The notes under the pieces: model-generated
Seen by the model: only the letters and a program-made list of their open reading frames with translations
Database searches by the model: none
Told to the model about the DNA's origin: nothing
Assembly: GCA_963814585.1 (NCBI GenBank)
Contig: CAWFDF010000014.1
Location: forward strand, 288,001-352,000
DNA from: an uncultured delta proteobacterium
GTDB lineage: Bacteria; Myxococcota; Myxococcia; Myxococcales; Anaeromyxobacteraceae
Length of the DNA stretch: 64,000 bases
Direction: 5' to 3'
Position numbers and translations under genes: made by a program
Part shown: positions 29,752 through 38,830 of the stretch, piece after piece
How positions within the stretch are numbered: the stretch's first letter is position 1
Layout of the letters: each line of letters opens with the position of its first letter

Positions 29752-30750
29752 TCAGCGCGGATGGATCAGCTTCCAGTCGTCCTTCATGCTCACCACGGTC
29801 CAGCCTCTCCTCGCGGCCTCGTCGAGCCCCTGGTCGAGGCGGCCGACGCTGGACGTCCGGTCGTAGGCCCACTCGCGCGCTGCGTCGTCGTGGTGGACGT
29901 AGAGGCAGAACGTCGGACTCCGGCCGGCCGCGGTCCACTGCAACATCTGCAGGTCGCCGTCGGAGTTGCCAAAGGCGGCGATGGGGCGGCGCCCGATCGC
30001 CTGCTGGATGCCGACCGGCTTGCCGGCCTTGTCGTCGTTGAAGTTGACCTCGGGGAGCCGCAGGAGCACTGGCACGCCATCGCGCAGCTCGAACCTGGTC
30101 TTGATGCTGCTGCCGATGATCTGCTCGGGCGGGATGCCGTACACCTGCTCCGCCCAGGGCCGCATGAACTCGACGCCGCCTCCGGAGACCAAGAAGGTCT
30201 TGAACCCGCTGGCCCTGAGGTAGGCGAGCAGCTCCAGCATGGGCTGGTAGACCATCGCGGTGTAGGGCCTCGCCGTCGTCGGGTGCCGGGCGGTGGCGAT
30301 CCAGGCCTTGACCGTCTTCTCGAACTCCTCGGTGGTCATGCCGGCGTGGGTCGCCATCAGGATCTCGACCAGGGCTCGCTCACCACCGGCCAGCGCTCCC
30401 TTCACGTCGCCCTTCAGCAGCGAGGCGAAGGGTTCCCTGGACTTCCACTCGGGATGCTGCGGGGCCAGGGCCTTGACCCGGTCGAGGGCGAAGAACACCT
30501 GGACGTACATGGGCTGCTCGGCCCAGAGCGTCCCGTCGTTGTCGAAGGTGGCGATCCGCTCGGCGGCCGGGACGAAGCCTGGCGACCCGGCCGTCGTCAC
30601 CTTCTCGACGAAGGCGACGATGGCCCTCCTGGAGGCGCCGTCGTTCCAGGACGGGAGGGGATCGGCTGCCACGACAACGGCCGGCGCTCCGAGCGCCACG
30701 AAGGCGGCCAGCGTGGCGAGCACGGTGCGGCGGTCGGGTCCTGGGCTCAT
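29752..30750 (-). CDS. exported HAD-family hydrolase (acid phosphatase-like)
   Basis: DRRTVL signal; FDNDGTLW, VSGGG, FGNSDGD. Confidence 0.88.
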   Translation of the reverse strand: MSPGPDRRTVLATLAAFVALGAPAVVVAADPLPSWNDGASRRAIVAFVEKVTTAGSPGFVPAAERIATFDNDGTLWAEQPMYVQVFFALDRVKALAPQHPEWKSREPFASLLKGDVKGALAGGERALVEILMATHAGMTTEEFEKTVKAWIATARHPTTARPYTAMVYQPMLELLAYLRASGFKTFLVSGGGVEFMRPWAEQVYGIPPEQIIGSSIKTRFELRDGVPVLLRLPEVNFNDDKAGKPVGIQQAIGRRPIAAFGNSDGDLQMLQWTAAGRSPTFCLYVHHDDAAREWAYDRTSSVGRLDQGLDEAARRGWTVVSMKDDWKLIHPR

Positions 30751-30910
30751 GGCCTCCTCGGTCACAGGAGCGCCGGGGGCGCCCGGGCCAGCGTGTCGTC
30801 CTCGCCCCCTGGCAGGGCCATCGACCAGGAGGTCATGAATCAGAGACAAGCAGCACCCTCGACGCCGGGTGCTGCCCGTCCTGGACCCTGCGCCATGCTT
30901 CGCGTCGGCG

Positions 30911-32494
30911 TCAGTTGCTGCCCTTCTGCGGGGCGCTCATGGACTCCATCACCCGGTCGAGGCTGAAGCTGCCGGGCTTCATGCGCGGCGGGAACTCGCG
31001 GAAGCTCTGCAGCCAATTTCCGACGTAGGCGCCGGCCGGCGCCAGCACGAACATGCGCTCGGCGGACCACTGAGGGTGACCCGTCGACTCGTCCGACGCG
31101 CGCTCGAAGGGGTCCATCCTGAGGTTGGTGAGCATCGGCCAGCGGAGCTCCTCGAACTGGGTCTCCCAGACCTTGATGCCTACCGAGTTCTGCCGCAGGA
31201 AGCTGATCTTCCAGTCGTTGAAGCGGAGGGCCGCGACGCTGCCTCCGTCGGTCCAGTAGAGGAACTCGTGGCGGGGCCACTCGCCCTCGCCCTTGAGCGC
31301 GGGCATGAGGTTGTAGCCATCCAGGTGGACCCTGTAGGTCATGGCGCCGACCGTCTTGCCCTTGAGCAGCGCCTCCTTGACCGCAGGATCACCCGCCGCG
31401 GCGAGCAGGGTGGGCATCATGTCCTCGTGAGCCCCGATCTGGTTGCTCACCACGCCCGGCTTGATGACGCCTGGCCACCGGATGAGCGTCGGAGCGCGGA
31501 AGCCACCCTCCCACTGCGTGTTCTTCTCCCCGCGGAACATCGTGCTGCCGCCGTCGGGCCAGTTGAAGAACTCGGCACCATTGTCGCTGGAGTACATGAC
31601 GATGGTGTTGTCCTCGACCCCGAGCTTCTTCAGCTCGCCGAGCAGCTGGCCGACCATGGCATCGTGTTCGACCATGCCGTCGGCGTAGACGCCGTACCCG
31701 GTCCTTCCCTGTGACTCCTTCTTCAGATGCGTGAAGACGTGCATCCGGGTTGAGTTCCACCAGACGAAGAACGGCTTGTTGGTCTTCACGGCCTTGCCCA
31801 TGAACTGGATGGCGCCGGCGGTGACCTCCTCGTCAACCGTCTCCATGCGCTTCCTCGTCAGCGGGCCGGTGTCCTTGCAGGTCTGCTTGCCCATCTTGCC
31901 GAAGCGCGGGTCGTCGGTGGCATCGTCCTTGTCCGAGGCGAAACAATGCAGGACGCCGCGCGGGCCGAACTTCGCCCGGAAGGCCGGGGCCTTCGGGTAG
32001 TCCACGTTCTCGGGCTCCTCCTCCGCGTTCAGGTGATAGAGGTTGCCGAGCCACTCGTCGAACCCGTGGACCGTGGGCAGCATGTCGTTGCGGTCGCCGA
32101 GGTGGTTCTTGCCGAACTGGCCGGTCACGTAACCGAGGGGCTTCAGGAGCTCTGCGATGGTCGGGTCGGCCTTGGTCAGGCCCTCCGGCGAGCCCGGCAG
32201 GCCGACCTTGGTGAGGCCGGTGCGGATGGGGGACTGGCCGGTGATGAAGGCGGCGCGGCCAGCGGTGCAGCTCTGCTGTGCGTACCAGTCGGTGAAGACC
32301 GCGCCCTCCTTCCCGATCCGGTCGATGTTGGGCGTCCGGTAGCCCATCATCCCCATGTTGTAGGCGCTGACGTTGAACTGGCCGATGTCGTCACCCCAGA
32401 TGACGAGGATGTTGGGCTTCTTCTGCGCCTGGGCCAGCGCGGGCGCGCAGAGGCACGCGGCGCCGATGGCCAGGGCCTTCAAGAATTTGTCCAT
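30911..32494 (-). CDS. arylsulfatase (Cys-type, exported)
   Basis: PNILVIWGDDIG, SCTAGR, GKNHLG, SSDNG, GEKNTQWEGG. Confidence 0.93.
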   Translation of the reverse strand: MDKFLKALAIGAACLCAPALAQAQKKPNILVIWGDDIGQFNVSAYNMGMMGYRTPNIDRIGKEGAVFTDWYAQQSCTAGRAAFITGQSPIRTGLTKVGLPGSPEGLTKADPTIAELLKPLGYVTGQFGKNHLGDRNDMLPTVHGFDEWLGNLYHLNAEEEPENVDYPKAPAFRAKFGPRGVLHCFASDKDDATDDPRFGKMGKQTCKDTGPLTRKRMETVDEEVTAGAIQFMGKAVKTNKPFFVWWNSTRMHVFTHLKKESQGRTGYGVYADGMVEHDAMVGQLLGELKKLGVEDNTIVMYSSDNGAEFFNWPDGGSTMFRGEKNTQWEGGFRAPTLIRWPGVIKPGVVSNQIGAHEDMMPTLLAAAGDPAVKEALLKGKTVGAMTYRVHLDGYNLMPALKGEGEWPRHEFLYWTDGGSVAALRFNDWKISFLRQNSVGIKVWETQFEELRWPMLTNLRMDPFERASDESTGHPQWSAERMFVLAPAGAYVGNWLQSFREFPPRMKPGSFSLDRVMESMSAPQKGSN

Positions 32495-32580
32495 GCGGGG
32501 TTCTCCTGGACTGCGATGACATGCGTGCAGCAGCATCCCGGACCTTGGCCCCCGGATACTTGGAGCATCAGCTGAGGTCT

Positions 32581-32814
32581 CTACTGGCCGCCTGGTGTCG
32601 TCGCTTCCGAATGAGGTGCCATCGGCTCATTTGGGTAGTCGATCACCATCAGGAGGTCGAGATCGCTGTCCTCGCGCGCCTCGTCGCGAGCCGTGGATCC
32701 GAAGAGCGAGATCCGGCGCACGCCGAAGTCGCGTCGGAGAGCCGGCAGGTAGCCCCGCAGGGTCGAGATTGCCACGTCGCGCCGCACCGGGCCGAGAATG
32801 CGGGGTCGGTCCAT
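32581..32814 (-). pseudogene. truncated MNT-type nucleotidyltransferase (MntA-like) remnant
   Basis: FGVRRISLFGSTARDEAREDSDLDLL (GS-x10-DxD) then abrupt loss of similarity; no HEPN partner. Confidence 0.65.
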
Positions 32815-32939
32815 CCTGGACCAATCGTGGCCCTGGCCGCGCCGTCCCCGTTCGTTCCGATGCGGGGTCGACAGTCCGGGTTCAGGTTGGCTCCAAGGGG
32901 ACTCGCCCACCCGAATCACCCCGGGGCATGATGCCGACC

Positions 32940-33887
32940 ATGGCCGAGCGAAGAGCCCTCTACCCCGAGATCGAGCCCTACCGCACCGGCAGGCTGCGGG
33001 TGTCCGCGATCCATGACCTCTACTTCGAGGAGTGCGGCAATCCCCGGGGGAAACCGGTGGTGTTCCTGCACGGTGGGCCCGGCCTTGGGACGAGCGCCAA
33101 GCAGCGCCGCTTCTTCGACCCACGTGCCTATCGCATCGTCCTCTTCGACCAGCGCGGGTGCGGGAAGAGCACCCCCCACGCCTCGCTGGACGAGAACACC
33201 ACCTGGGACCTGGTCGGCGACATGGAGCGGCTGCGAGCCGACCTGGGCATCGAGCGCTGGCAGGTCTTTGGCGGCTCCTGGGGAGCCAGCCTGGCGCTGG
33301 CCTACGCCCAGACCCACCCGGAGCGGGTGACCGAGCTGGTGCTCCGCGGGATCTTCCTCCTGCGGAAGTGGGAGATCGACTGGTTCTACCAATCGGGAGC
33401 GAGCGCCATCTACCCGGACGCCTGGGAGGCCTACCTGGCTCCCATCCCGGAGACCGAGCGCGGCGACCTGCTGGGCGCCTACCACCGGCGCCTCACCGGC
33501 GCCGATCCGGTGGAGCGCCAGCGGTGCGCCCTGAGCTGGAGCGGCTGGGAGGCGAGGACCAGCTTCCTCGTGGCCGATGAGGCGTACGTGAACCAGCTCG
33601 GGGATCCGGAGGTCGCCGCAGCGTTCGCCCGCATCGAGTGCCACTACTTCCTCCACCTGGGGTTCTTCTCCGGGCGCGAGCCACTCACCCAGGTCGACCG
33701 GTTCCGCCACATTCCCGCGGTGATCGTCCAGGGCCGGTACGACCTGGTCTGCCCGATGGCGACCGCCTGGGCCCTCCACCGCGCCTGGCCCGAGGCCGAT
33801 CTCCGGGTCGTCCCCGACGCAGGCCACGCCTCCTACGAGCCTGGGATCACCCACGAGCTGGTGGAGGCGACCGACCGGTTTCGCTGA
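32940..33887 (+). CDS. pip: proline iminopeptidase
   Basis: LHGGPG, FDQRGCGKS, FGGSWG, QGRYD, AGH. Confidence 0.95.
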   Translation: MAERRALYPEIEPYRTGRLRVSAIHDLYFEECGNPRGKPVVFLHGGPGLGTSAKQRRFFDPRAYRIVLFDQRGCGKSTPHASLDENTTWDLVGDMERLRADLGIERWQVFGGSWGASLALAYAQTHPERVTELVLRGIFLLRKWEIDWFYQSGASAIYPDAWEAYLAPIPETERGDLLGAYHRRLTGADPVERQRCALSWSGWEARTSFLVADEAYVNQLGDPEVAAAFARIECHYFLHLGFFSGREPLTQVDRFRHIPAVIVQGRYDLVCPMATAWALHRAWPEADLRVVPDAGHASYEPGITHELVEATDRFR

Positions 33888-34026
33888 TCGAAGCGAGCCT
33901 TGATCCGTCAGGACCCAGAGTCACTCCTGACGTCAGAGGGTTTGGCCCTCTCCGGCCGGGGCCAGGTTGCTGGCTACCGGCAGGCCGCCGCCCTCCCCGC
34001 CCGACCAGCGCAGCCCGACAGTGAGA

Positions 34027-34057
34027 ACGCCCACCCCGCAGCGAGCGAAGTGGGCGT
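34027..34057 (-). terminator. hairpin downstream of tRNA-fMet
   Basis: ACGCCCAC...GTGGGCGT stem 6 nt after CCA. Confidence 0.55.
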
Positions 34058-34063
34058 CCTTGT

Positions 34064-34140
<77 letters not shown>

Positions 34141-34166
34141 GCAGGTGGGAAGTCGAACGAGGGCGC

Positions 34167-34195
34167 TTTGTACCGGCAATGGGTGGGCCGGTCAA
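34167..34195 (-). promoter_or_regulatory. sigma70-type tRNA promoter
   Basis: TTGACC-N17-TACAAA followed by GC-rich discriminator GCGCCC. Confidence 0.65.
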
Positions 34196-34210
34196 GCCTC
34201 CCCTGTCGCC

Positions 34211-35050
34211 CTACCCCCGCGCCCGGCGCAGGGCCCCCGGCGCCAGCGCCAGCGCCGCCACCAGCACCATGGTGGCGCCGGTGGGCGTCTCGGCGACCCA
34301 GGAGACCAGGTACCCGCCTGCCGCGGCCAGCACGCCGAGCACCGTGGCCACGGCGAAGACGGCGCGGAACCGCAGCCCCAGCAGCAGCGCCGCCGCGGCC
34401 GGCAAGGTGAGCAGCGCGAAGACCGGCAGCGCCCCCAGCGCCCGCGCCGAGGCCGGGATGGCGAGGCCGAGGCTGAGCGAGAGGACCGCGTCCCAGACCC
34501 GGACCCGCATCCCCTGCGCCCTGGCCGTCTCCGGGTCGAACGAGGCGAAGGCGATCTCCTTGGCGAAGGCGAGGTGGAGCGCCGCGCAGATGAGCGCCAC
34601 CGCCCCGATCATCCAGAGCTCGTCGTCGGGCACGGCCACCGCGTTGCCGAAGACCATCCCGCCGAGGTCGTGGCTGGCGTGGACCAGCCTGGAGACACCG
34701 AGCACCACGGCCGCCGAGGCCGCCACCCAGGCCGCCCCCACCATGGCCTCCGCCGGCAGCCTCCTCGGCCGCACCGCGCCGAGCAGCAGCGCCCCCACCA
34801 CGGCGAAGCCCATGGCCATGCCGAGCTGGTGGTGGGCGTGCTCGGCCTCGATGTGGAGCCGCTCCTCGAGGAACAGGCCGACCACCAGGCCCACGGTGGA
34901 GATCTGCGTCAGCGCCGCCGAGACGAAGACGGTCCGGCGCAGCACCACGTAGACGCCGAGGAAGCCCAGCAGCGCCCCGGCCACCACCGACGCCGCGAGC
35001 GGCGCCTGCCAGATCTCGCGCGCCGCCAGGAAGCCGCCCAGCCCGCTCAT
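34211..35050 (-). CDS. Zn/Mn ABC transporter permease (ZnuB-like)
   Basis: GFLGVYVVLRR, SFDPETAR, GALPVFALLTLPA. Confidence 0.9.
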   Translation of the reverse strand: MSGLGGFLAAREIWQAPLAASVVAGALLGFLGVYVVLRRTVFVSAALTQISTVGLVVGLFLEERLHIEAEHAHHQLGMAMGFAVVGALLLGAVRPRRLPAEAMVGAAWVAASAAVVLGVSRLVHASHDLGGMVFGNAVAVPDDELWMIGAVALICAALHLAFAKEIAFASFDPETARAQGMRVRVWDAVLSLSLGLAIPASARALGALPVFALLTLPAAAALLLGLRFRAVFAVATVLGVLAAAGGYLVSWVAETPTGATMVLVAALALAPGALRRARG

Positions 35051-35817
35051 CGCCGCCCCCGGGCCACCGGCTGGACCAGCCAGCGCCCGCCCTCCAGGCG
35101 GACCTCCACCGGCCGACCATAGAGGGCCGTGAGCGGCTCGGGGCGGAGCATCTCGTCGAGCGAGCCGACGCGGAAGAGCCGCTGCTCGTGGTCGACGAAG
35201 GCCAGCGTCCGGGCGCAGTTGGCCACGGCGTCGAGCCGGTGCGAGACCATCACCACCGCCAGGTCGCCGCCGGCGTGGAGGTCGCGCAGCACGTCCATGG
35301 TGGCGAGCTCGGCGGCGGGGTCCATGCCGCTGGTCGGCTCGTCCACCGCCAGCAGCTCGGGCTCGGCCGCCAGCGCCCGGGCGATGAGCGTCCGCTGCCG
35401 CTGTCCTCCCGACAGGTCACCGTAGCGCCGCCCCGCGAGATCAGCGACGCCGACGCGGGCCAGCGCCGCCTCGACCAGCCGGTGGTCGGCCGGGCCCGGG
35501 CGGTGGAGCGGGCCCAGCGCGGGCGTCCGGCCCATCAGCACCACCTCCCCGGCGGTGAACGGCCAGATGGCGTCCACCTGGTCGCGCTGGGGCACGTAGC
35601 CGACGCGGAGCGGCCTCGGCAGCTCGCGCCGGCCCGCCAGCAGCGGGAGCGCACCGAGCAGTGTCCGGAGCACGGTGGTCTTGCCGCCACCGTTGGGTCC
35701 GACCAGGGCCAGGAAGTCGCCAGGCGCCACGGCGAGCTCGACGGCCTCGAGGAGCCGGCGCCGGCCGTGGCCGACGGTGGCGCCGCGGAGCGCGACCAGC
35801 GTGGGGCCTCGACCCAT
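35047..35817 (-). CDS. Zn/Mn ABC transporter ATPase (ZnuC-like)
   Basis: GPNGGGKTT, VGYVPQ, LSGGQRQR, DEPTSGMD. Confidence 0.9.
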   Translation of the reverse strand: MGRGPTLVALRGATVGHGRRRLLEAVELAVAPGDFLALVGPNGGGKTTVLRTLLGALPLLAGRRELPRPLRVGYVPQRDQVDAIWPFTAGEVVLMGRTPALGPLHRPGPADHRLVEAALARVGVADLAGRRYGDLSGGQRQRTLIARALAAEPELLAVDEPTSGMDPAAELATMDVLRDLHAGGDLAVVMVSHRLDAVANCARTLAFVDHEQRLFRVGSLDEMLRPEPLTALYGRPVEVRLEGGRWLVQPVARGRR

Positions 35818-35822
35818 GCCGG

Positions 35823-36743
35823 CTACCTTACCGCCTCGGAGACCCGCCGGACGAGGAGGTCGAGCCAGGCCTGGTAGGAGGAGGCGCCCGGCTCGCCGCC
35901 GACGTCGCCGGGGATCCTGACCACCGTGCCACCCACCAGCCGCGCCACCAGCTCGTCGGACCTCGAGTCGTAGTAGTTCTCCACCACGCAGGCCTTGATC
36001 CCCTCCTGGCGCGCCAGCGTCACCAGGCCGGCGAGGTGCGAGGACGGCGGCGGCGTGCCCGGACGTGGCTCCATCTCGCCCGCGCTCACCAGGCCGGTCC
36101 AGTCCAGGAAGTAGGTGAGCGTCCGGTGATGGACGAACACCTTGCGCCCGGCCAGCGGCTGGAGCCTGGCCTTCCAGCCGGCCAGGGCCGCCTCGATCCG
36201 GACGGTGAAGGCCGCGGCGTGGGCCTGGTAGGCGCCGGCGCCGGCCGGGTCGAGCTCGGCGAGCCGTGCGGCGATGGCGCGGGCCACCTGGACCCCGCGC
36301 CGAGGATCGGCGAGGAAGTGCGGGTTGCCTCCAGGGTGGAGGTCGCCACGGCTCCGGTCGACGACGCCGGTGGGGACGTCGAGCACCTGCACCGCGGTGG
36401 CCGCGGTCAGCCGGCGAGCCCCGCCCGGCTGGATGGCGGCGTGGCGCGACTGGTTGACCAGCGGAGGCAGCCAGCCCACCTCGAGATCGAGCCCGACGTC
36501 GACCAGCAGGTCGGCGTCGCGCAGCTTCACCGCCAGCATGGGGTTGGCGTCGACGAAGTGCGGGTCCTGCACGCCGCGCGAGAGGCTCTCGACGGAGACG
36601 CGGTCGCCCCCCACCTCCCGGGCCAGCGCGGCCAGCCCCTCGGTGGTGGTGACGACGCGGAGCGCGGCGGAGGCGGTGACCGGTGCCGCCAGGAGCGAGG
36701 CGAGGAGCGCGGCCAGGAGGAGCGACAGCTGACGGCAGGGCAT
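35823..36743 (-). CDS. Zn/Mn ABC substrate-binding protein (ZnuA/TroA-like)
   Basis: QDPHF, GLDLEVGW, HPGGNPHF, HH, EPRPG. Confidence 0.92.
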   Translation of the reverse strand: MPCRQLSLLLAALLASLLAAPVTASAALRVVTTTEGLAALAREVGGDRVSVESLSRGVQDPHFVDANPMLAVKLRDADLLVDVGLDLEVGWLPPLVNQSRHAAIQPGGARRLTAATAVQVLDVPTGVVDRSRGDLHPGGNPHFLADPRRGVQVARAIAARLAELDPAGAGAYQAHAAAFTVRIEAALAGWKARLQPLAGRKVFVHHRTLTYFLDWTGLVSAGEMEPRPGTPPPSSHLAGLVTLARQEGIKACVVENYYDSRSDELVARLVGGTVVRIPGDVGGEPGASSYQAWLDLLVRRVSEAVR

Positions 36744-36752
36744 GGCCGGCTC

Positions 36753-37985
36753 CTAGAACGGGTGGGCGCCGTGGGCGCCCATGACGAACTCGAGGTGGAG
36801 GATCGCCTCCCAGCCGCTGGCGCCGCCGGGGCGCTGGTCGTGCGCCACCTGCAGCGCCAGCCGGGAGAACTCGCTGGGGAACCAGTTGGCCACCGCCGAC
36901 CAGCGCTGCTCGGCGCCCGGGGCGCTGTCGCCTGCAGCCGGGGCCTGCTCGTAGCGGACGCCGTAACCGAGCCAGGTGTTCTGGCGCCAGACCAGCTGCA
37001 GGTAGCCGCCGGTCCCGTCGGTGCCGTCGCCCTGGAAGGCCGCCTCGGCGGAGATGGACGCCGGCGGGCTCCCGTGGAACCTGCGCACGTAGAGCTCGCC
37101 CTGCAGGGTCAGGGAGGCGCGGCCGGCCGGCGGGCGGTACTTCAGGTAGACGTCGGCGTTGCCGAGGTCGCGAGAGGCCCCCGCCCCCTCGTCTCGCCTC
37201 GCCGCCGAGAGGCCCACCCCGAGGCTGAGCGGCTCGGCCAGCGAGAACCACTGCTGCAGCTTGGCGGTGCCGGTGAGCCGCCCCTCGCCGCCGTCGTAGG
37301 GATCGGTGGTCTGGGCCGCCAGCTGCAGCTCCGCGAACCACGGCAGCGGCGTGAGCCAGAGCAGGTCCACGCCCGGCCCGCCCAGCGCCTCGGTCGCCAG
37401 CAGGCGGCCGCGGGCCAGCGGCGCGTCCACGAAGTCCCAGGTGTGGGGGTGGAGCTGGTTGAGCCGGCCGAAGGGCGCGTAGAGCAGGCCGGCCTTGACC
37501 TGCAGGCCGCCGGGCAGCCCCAGCGTCGTCAGGTAGGCCTCCTCCACGGACACCTCGTCGGGGGTGAACGAGATGAAGACGTCGGCGCGGAAGTACGGGT
37601 CGATGACCGCCCGCAGCCCCAGCTCCAGCTCCTGGAAGAGGAAGGTCGGCTCGCCGGCCGGCCCCTGCGGCCCCTCGCGCGGCGAGAGCCGTCCGACGTC
37701 GTAGTCGTCGTGGACCGCGGCGAAGCTGCCCACGGCGGAGAGGTCGGGGAGGGCCAGCAGGCGGGCCCAGGGGGCGGCGCCGCCCGGGGCGCCTGCCTCC
37801 GGCCCGGGCTGGACGGCAGCCGCCGGGGCCGTAGTGCCGGTCCCCAGCTCCCGGGCGATCCGCGCCTCCAGCTCCTGGCGCTCCGCATCGGCCGACGCCT
37901 GGGCCGGAGCGGGGTCGACGGCGACGGCCGCCTCGGGAACGGTCAAGGCCACGGCGAGCAGGCCCGCCAGGTACGAGTTGCGCAT
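36753..37985 (-). CDS. outer-membrane beta-barrel protein of the metal-uptake operon (zinc-regulated OM receptor-like)
   Basis: Signal peptide, FQELELG, DPYFRAD, FGRLNQLHPH, C-terminal GAHGAHPF. Confidence 0.8.
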   Translation of the reverse strand: MRNSYLAGLLAVALTVPEAAVAVDPAPAQASADAERQELEARIARELGTGTTAPAAAVQPGPEAGAPGGAAPWARLLALPDLSAVGSFAAVHDDYDVGRLSPREGPQGPAGEPTFLFQELELGLRAVIDPYFRADVFISFTPDEVSVEEAYLTTLGLPGGLQVKAGLLYAPFGRLNQLHPHTWDFVDAPLARGRLLATEALGGPGVDLLWLTPLPWFAELQLAAQTTDPYDGGEGRLTGTAKLQQWFSLAEPLSLGVGLSAARRDEGAGASRDLGNADVYLKYRPPAGRASLTLQGELYVRRFHGSPPASISAEAAFQGDGTDGTGGYLQLVWRQNTWLGYGVRYEQAPAAGDSAPGAEQRWSAVANWFPSEFSRLALQVAHDQRPGGASGWEAILHLEFVMGAHGAHPF

Positions 37986-38057
37986 CGGAACTCACCTCGG
38001 CGCGCACGTCGCGCGCCACGTCACGAGAAGACGACGGCTTCGGTGGGACGTCTCGCG

Positions 38058-38312
38058 TCAGCCGCGAGGGGGTGACTGGCCGGGGATGGCACCGAGCGGC
38101 GCTCCGTCCCGCGGGAGCGACTGGAGGGCCACCTCCACGCCGCCGAGGGCGAGGGGGAGCGGCGAGAGGTCGGGGACCTGCGACGCCGCCGGCTCTCCGC
38201 CACGGACCACGCAGGCCGCGCACTCCTCGCCCGACGACGCGGCGTGGACGTGGGGCAGCGCCACGGCGGCGGTGAGCAGGAGGGCGAGGGAGGCGGCGAG
38301 GATGGCGCGCAT
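38058..38312 (-). CDS. DUF2946-like leader ORF (signal/TM, HxH, CxxC, C-terminal PGQSPP), 84 aa
   Basis: MRAILAASLALLLTAAVALPHVHAASSGEECAAC...GAIPGQSPPRG directly upstream of the OM protein. Confidence 0.7.
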   Translation of the reverse strand: MRAILAASLALLLTAAVALPHVHAASSGEECAACVVRGGEPAASQVPDLSPLPLALGGVEVALQSLPRDGAPLGAIPGQSPPRG

Positions 38313-38324
38313 GGGCCAGATCGG

Positions 38325-38353
38325 AATCTGTCCCCCGGAGGCGGGGAGGTCAA
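38325..38353 (-). promoter_or_regulatory. sigma70-type promoter for the metal-uptake operon
   Basis: TTGACC-N17-CAGATT; -10 overlapped by palindrome CAGAT-cgga-ATCTG (38317-38330). Confidence 0.5.
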
Positions 38354-38383
38354 GCGATTCGCCCGCCGGGCCGGGCGAGCCGA

Positions 38384-38722
38384 TCAGCCGAGCAGCTGCT
38401 GGAGCTTCATGGCCAGCCCCATGTCGCCCTGGATCTTGATCTTCCCGGTCATGAAGGCCATCTGGGCATTGAGCTTGCCGCTGACCAGCTTGAGGAAGTC
38501 GGCGTCGACCATGGAGACGGTGCAGCGGGGCGAGGCGGCGCTGCCCACGGCCACGGCCCCACCGGGCTGCGTGCAGTCCACCGACCAGGTCCCGCCCTCG
38601 GCGCCGGCGATGTTGAACTGGTAGACCGCGTTGATCTTGCCGATCAGGTCGGGCTTGGCCTTCAGCCGGGCCGGGATGTGGACATCGAAGACTTCCTTCA
38701 CGCTCTGCACCGGCTCGCCCAT
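38384..38722 (-). CDS. SCP2 sterol/lipid-binding domain protein
   Basis: GKLNAQMAFMTGKIKIQGDMGLAMKL; SD GGAGG. Confidence 0.92.
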   Translation of the reverse strand: MGEPVQSVKEVFDVHIPARLKAKPDLIGKINAVYQFNIAGAEGGTWSVDCTQPGGAVAVGSAASPRCTVSMVDADFLKLVSGKLNAQMAFMTGKIKIQGDMGLAMKLQQLLG

Positions 38723-38830
38723 CGATCGCCTCCAGGAGTCCGCTGATTCCAGAATCAGCCCCCTCCAATAAGGCGCGCGGTCACGCCCTGTCAAGGCGTG
38801 CCGCGCGCGCGACCCCGAACGGTGCCGTGG

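Noticed and set aside
33955..33970. att-site duplication of the tRNA 3' end (CGGGGCCAGG)
   Set aside because: Only 10 GC-rich bases match and no integrase is present
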